A stretch of DNA of 63,078 nucleotides, filler included, from Asterionella formosa (lineage: Eukaryota): assembly GCA_002256025.1 (NCBI GenBank). It is 11 parts of 11 records of this genome, joined end to end, with 100 filler letters (N's around TTAATTAATTAA, not from the genome) between each part and the next. Parts side by side here need not be neighbours in the genome. Positions count along the whole stretch, not along the records: positions 56,872 to 58,348 come from NKIB01002273.1; positions 58,449 to 59,925 come from NKIB01002274.1; positions 60,026 to 61,502 come from NKIB01002275.1; positions 61,603 to 63,078 come from NKIB01002276.1; 7 more parts are not named here. The stretch is one strand, 5' to 3'. Of the stretch, positions 57,251 through 63,078 are shown in pieces. Numbering within the stretch: position 1 is the first letter of the stretch; every line of letters starts with the position of its first letter. The notes under the pieces were generated by a model. It ran no database searches. It saw only the letters and a program-made list of their open reading frames with translations, and had not been told where the DNA came from. Made by a program: the position numbers and the translations under genes.

Positions 57251-58448
57251 TGTTCAGCGACTGATCGAGGAAATCAAGGTTATTGAAAACTGCTAGGCAT
57301 CGTTCAAACTCATTGAATCGTCTCTATTAGAACGCTTGGAGTTGTTTGTCTATCTCAGCACAGCGGCTCGTCAATTAATTTTAAGTCCGGGTGCAAGGTA
57401 CCAGATAAACCATAAGAAAACATTTATGTGTCGTACCTGTTAATACATAAGATACGCACCGGTATACGATCATGTAATACCCCGTATCGGTTTTTAAATA
57501 GAGACTACGTAGAACAGTACAAGATACTCCCTATTCGTATAGACTAACAGCAACACCAACACACAGATAATAATAATAATATTAATAATACATTCCGGTA
57601 CATCATGCCTGATGCAACAACAGCGTATGCATCAGCAAGTTGCGGTAATTTTGCTGAAATGGACAACGTGACGCAGGACAGGCGCTCAAAATGACTACCG
57701 GGGGGTACCAGTAAATAGATAATGTCATCAACTCTCTTTTTGAATCGACAGTATCACGACTTGTTAGAGCATGGCCACCGCATCGACCAATTACCAAGCC
57801 AATTGAAGTTGCGGGTCATTACACGTCATGATGCGTTGTTTTGGTAGAAAAAGCAAAAAATTTTAGCCACCGCATCGACCAAGACCAAATATGCTTTGGT
57901 CTTGATCGAGGATGACCCCCTTATCGACCAAATATCTGGTATTTGGTCGATTAGACTCCGACTGTGGCCAAATAAAAGGAGCATTTCTATTGGTTTAGAT
58001 TGTGGTTCGCGCCGGCAACATAACGTCAACTGTTTCATTGATCCACAAACGCTTACAATACACATTTACCTTACTCTCTTGATGTAGACAAATAATAAAC
58101 TTAAGTACAAAAACCTTTGAATAATACCGGCAGCTATCTATAAAATATTGTCCTTCGAGTCTTCGACGATCCCAGTAGGATATCGTCATCCATTGTTGTC
58201 AAAGCAGGATGCTACATGGGAAGGAGCAGCAGGAGCAGCAGGAGCAGCAGCCAACGAGGATGATTCATTGTCGGTTTCAGACAGAACCAAAGTTGGATTA
58301 TTTTGGCGCTGTCAAGAGCAACAATCGATAGCGATATGCGAGTTTCGTNNNNNNNNNNNNNNNNNNNNNNNNNNNNNNNNNNNNNNNNNNNNTTAATTAA
58401 TTAANNNNNNNNNNNNNNNNNNNNNNNNNNNNNNNNNNNNNNNNNNNN

Positions 58449-59029
58449 TTAATGTGGCACGAAATATTTTTGTATTGACAACTGCCCGTGATTTCTTGGC
58501 CTACCTTGGTGATGATGCTACTGGCAACAAGTACTTGACCATATTTACACTGCTTATGCCAGCATCAGTTTTGGGACTTCCATGTGTTGATGTGGCAATA
58601 AAGCGATTTGGGTGGAATGCTGGGTTTCAACTGATTAATGTATTGGCAATTGCTCATGGGATAATTCAAGTGGCAAGTGACAATCTGAACGTTCAAGTGC
58701 TTGGCTTTATTATATTTTCGTGCTACCGCTGCTTCCTATTTACTGTGACATTTAGTTTTTTGCCGGTCTTTATGGGCTCTGACGTGTTGGGCAAAGCTGC
58801 TGGACTCCTTATGTTTTTCGCGGGATTCAGTACTCTAATCAACATCCCCCTTGCGAATGTGGCTATTGATGTGTTCAATGGGAACTTCTTTTGGCCCAAT
58901 TTATTTTACACCATCCTTATTATTCCATTTATCTATGTGGCATGGAAATTAGAAAATGGCTTACAAAGGGAAGGGGAGGCCAAAAATAAAGACATGGTCA
59001 CTCCTGAATTACCACATGATGTTCGATGA
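58449..59029 (+). CDS. 3' fragment of the same MFS transporter, allele B
   Basis: Near-identical to 48977-49560; TTA>TGA removes the last Leu. Confidence 0.75.
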
Positions 59030-61370
59030 TAGGAACATCAGAACTATCGTTCTATTGAGCCTCGAGTAGCTATAAGTCTAATCCTACAGATATTTTACGA
59101 ACAATACTCCGGGGTATCGGTTATAATAAAATATACGTATATACCGGTATGCAAACTTTGCCCTGAACTTAGTATGTACATACTGGCTGGGTTAGTATTT
59201 ATACCACGACCGGTAGCACATTCTATTCAATGACAGCCAGGTACCGGTAGTCAGACATGCATGATGCATTCAAATATGATCGCTTAGCCTACCTGAAGTG
59301 TATGCTAAAAAGTCATTTACCACTCCTTCCCGTCTCACGGGTACCTCTCACGTGGGTTTTTACATATTGTACTACTACTGGTAGTAGTCTTATCTTTTGC
59401 TGCTACATAGCCTTTCGTGCTGGTTTTCACTATTGACCTTGTTACTTTGCCAATTTTCACTGTTTCTTAATTATAAGATTCATAAAGTATTAAATTAAGT
59501 TTCAATCCATTCATCAAACTTTGAGAATTTGTTCTTCATATTCCCTTTTCGTTGATGTAAACCTTCTTCTGATTGATCTAAAACATCAATCTCGTTAGCA
59601 AGGTTCTTAATATGGGAACGTACCACTTGACTCATTGGACTGTAGTTGAGTCCACAGTCCTTGTGACTCGTTCTGTACAGCCATTGATCCTACAGTACCG
59701 GTAAGAATATATTCTTGACACTGGTAACACTGTACCAGGTACCTCCAAGTTGCGGTTATTTTGCTGAATCTAAAGATTTAGCTATCCTTTTGCCAGATTA
59801 AAATGTTAGTTAAAGCAAAATAACCGCAACTTGCAGGTTTTTACATTACATAGGAAAGTATGATGAAGTTGATGATCAAGAACAGCTGGTCGATCACTGC
59901 TGGGTCGGCAAGCAGGCAGCGGTACNNNNNNNNNNNNNNNNNNNNNNNNNNNNNNNNNNNNNNNNNNNNTTAATTAATTAANNNNNNNNNNNNNNNNNNN
60001 NNNNNNNNNNNNNNNNNNNNNNNNNTTGAGAACACAACTGGTCTAGCTGTTTTCCGGAAGCACCAGCCAAATGGGGCAAAATGCCAATCAGCTTGATGCA
60101 TGTTTCACACGCGAGGTGATTCGAAGGAAGGAATGCCAACAGTGAGCTTCTAGAGGACTGTTGGCTCTTACCGAGTCCAAAACGGCCTCAACCTTTTCTT
60201 GTTAAGTTGTCACTCTCAGCCACAACATGACAAAAGAAACTGAGAGCTTTTGCCATACATATAATATTACAGTAACGAAAGTATGAGTGAATTATTATTT
60301 CATTGCCGGTTATAGGACCGTTACCATGGAATATCATAAGATGATGTCAGCATTGGATATTTGGTTTTGAATCACATATACCGCCATCATTACCTGTACC
60401 GCCATCACTTCCGGCATATATAATATATAGCTCACAATTTCTAATAAATACTTTAGGAATTAGTCGTCATTACAAACCTTCCGCTTCTACAAGTTCTTAG
60501 AACAACCTCAAGAGTCTACTTCATCCTGCTTCATTGCAAGAGCTGTCGACAGTACTATTCATCTGTAACAAGTGGTTATGACCCTAACATTATAAGAGAA
60601 TAAATAAAGCTTCCATCAGCCAGATTACAAGATCAACGACCATGTCTAATCCAGTAAATCTTCCAACCGTTCCCCCTCAGAGAGGAGGTATTCATACCAC
60701 ATATGGCATCTTCATTGGAGGTGCTCAACTTGATGACACTTACCACCTTCTACCAAACCGAAGCGCTTATCGATTCTCTGGCACATAAAGATTCGCATAG
60801 TCGTTCAATAATTCAGTAGAAATACAGCATCAGCTGGCAGCATGACAAACAGCACGCCAAGGCACACTAACAACTCATGATTTACGGAGCCCTGTTATCA
60901 TATGACATTAACACAGAATCAGAAAGCATCAATACTCAATCCTGGATTTCATCCGAATGCTCCTGAATTGAAAGGGTTTGCTGCAATGTCAATTGAATGT
61001 AGAGGAAGATCAGTGTGAGTTATCAGTAGCGTTGCTCATATAGCCGTCAAAATAGCGCGGTAATCTTACCAGAACAACTTTCATTCCGGACCTCATTGTC
61101 CCTGCCTGTTATCAACAACAATGCGTGACCTGACAAGCCATACTAGCATATAGATACACAACAAAAACATGTTAATCTAGCTGCTGAAGAGCCAGTAGGG
61201 GGTAATTGGCTGTTGGCTGCATTGATTGCTTACTTTTTCACCATGCTAATTTTTGTGTGTGTGGACCCTCCTGCTGTGTGGCAAAACTCCTGGCGCGGCC
61301 TGGATTCTCTCGTTGTACCACAACAACGTACTTTCTACCAGAAAAACACCGGCGCGGTCTTGCTAAATGT

Positions 61371-61498
61371 GATGTACGGTTATGGTGGTACTATGTTTTT
61401 CCCTGTTATTTTCTGTCGCAGCTCTGTAGATGCTGCCATGTACGGTTATGGTGGTACTATGTTTATCCCTATTATTTTCTGTCGCAGCTCTGTAGAGA
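61371..61498 (+). repeat. 66-bp tandem repeat, 2 copies, at the contig end
   Basis: ATGTACGGTTATGGTGGTACTATGTTT.TCCCT.TTATTTTCTGTCGCAGCTCTGTAGA twice; the array may continue beyond the contig. Confidence 0.85.
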
Positions 61499-63078
61499 AG
61501 CTNNNNNNNNNNNNNNNNNNNNNNNNNNNNNNNNNNNNNNNNNNNNTTAATTAATTAANNNNNNNNNNNNNNNNNNNNNNNNNNNNNNNNNNNNNNNNNN
61601 NNTAATTTGAAAGTTCAGAATCACTCATTGCTTCTTTGCTTAAATGCGGTTATTGTTGAAATAACCGGGAAATACATCGGTTAGCCAACCAATCTGCATT
61701 CACATCCGATACGCCTACGGATTTTTGCAACTAGGATAAAAGGCTGGGTGTTTAATAGCCTTTTTGGGAAATGCAAAAATAGGTTTAAGTGACATCCTCT
61801 TGTTAGTAACAAAACATTCATAGTAAGTCTGATGTATAGTAATACTATCATTCAATAATCTTTATAGTGCATTTTTACTAGCCTAGCTACATGATTCAAA
61901 AATAGTACTATCAACTTTTGCAACAACAGAGGGATCCATTTTAGCTAAAAACAAATGTCATGCTGAATTCGCTGCTAAAGCGGATGAATCTTCATAACCA
62001 TGTAAGGATGAAACTTGAACTGAATGTTTCCATTTGTAGTGATGCAGGTCAGATGATATTTTGTAGTAACAACGAATAAGGTCATTATGGATTTCTTGAA
62101 AACTGGTGTGCTCATCTTTGAGTTCCTTGTGGATATCTTGAAGACTGATGTGCTCATCTTTGAGTTTGTCATACTTCACCTGATCACTTCAATTGCAAAG
62201 CTTTTCGAAAACAAACATAGGGTGAATATTATGGTTGGTCTCAATAGCAGCAACCTTTCTTGAACCGGAATCGAGTGAATCATCATCGTCATTCTCACTG
62301 GCAGAATTCAAGACAGAATATATGGGAGTAGAACGATTGAAACGAACCTTTGTAGTATCTGTAGTAAAAGGAGGATTTATGTTTGTTGGAGCATATGGGG
62401 TGGTAGGTGGTGTTGCACCACCAAAGGCATCATGAGCAGTATACTGCTTTTGCTTTTTATTAAAATAACTGGTATGAAAGGTTCCAAAATCTGCTATGCA
62501 TGATCACTCGCTTTGGAGCCAAATCTGGCAATCGCCTTGCAACTGCTGCATCTCGCACTGGTTTCGGAGACATTGTATAACTGGTGTGGTCAGAAAGGAC
62601 AAGGAACAGATGAAGTGTCGCTAAAAAAGGGGTAATGGGAGATTAAACATGCTTGCTATGGACAAATAACATACCTGTAGGTACTTACTACACACTTATG
62701 CATATAAAGATGGTAAATATATATATATGTAGTAACTGGAAAAAGATCATACTACCAGGTACGTACATCATCAGAGCATGTCCTTCAAGAAGATGTATGC
62801 AGTTGTTCAAAACTACTGGTACCTTGTTACTACGTACTCCTAGCAGTCCTTACTTGTGAACATGATAGAAGTAGATGAAATAGATTTCTACTTACAACAT
62901 TGCATGTTGTAAAATGTATTAGTACTGTACACCACGATACTACAAACACTAGATTTATGATCATAAAAAACTAATTGTAAGATCATTTTACGTCAAATTT
63001 TGTACAACCGCAGTACATATTCACACTTCGCATTCTAGCCCTAACCATTTTTCACGTATATTTCACATCCATGATGGG

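Noticed and set aside
61958..62179. Short ORF with a 42-bp duplication (LKDEH repeats)
   Set aside because: Too short and fragmentary to call a gene; possibly a decayed coiled-coil exon.

Overview
Eukaryotic DNA, most likely from a diatom: short GT-AG introns, bipartite signal+'AF'-type plastid-targeting N-termini and diatom-type DNA-transposon relics. It is not one locus but 11 contigs joined by artificial 100-bp N44-TTAATTAATTAA-N44 linkers and ordered by size (24389, 24387, then nine of about 1.48 kb), so nothing can be inferred across the linkers. Contig 1 (1-24389) encodes eRF3, an ABC-less eEF3-type HEAT protein, an L-rhamnose mutarotase-like protein, a small plastid peptide, a repeat-bearing methyltransferase-like protein, a phosphate-carrier-like mitochondrial carrier and an MFS transporter. 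Contig 2 (24490-48876) encodes a signal-peptide-bearing Ubc6-type E2, LSm4, a 5-exon HNH endonuclease, a Cys/Asn-rich single-pass membrane protein, a DUF1995 protein, a plastid-type kinase, THOC5, a D-serine dehydratase-like enzyme, a degenerate Gfo/Idh/MocA protein and an adenosine-deaminase-like protein. The small contigs hold an allelic pair and transposon debris. The two strongest unexplained signals are: (1) palindromic (TACC[W]GG)n tracts concentrated upstream of genes, with three paired-copy comparisons suggesting they are gained or lost as fold-back micro-indels; (2) contig 1 closes on itself through one TTAA-flanked inverted-repeat element, so it is either a circle or a 23-kb gene block bracketed by direct copies of that element. 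No tRNA, rRNA or CRISPR array was seen. All family assignments come from motif recognition by eye, not database searches.
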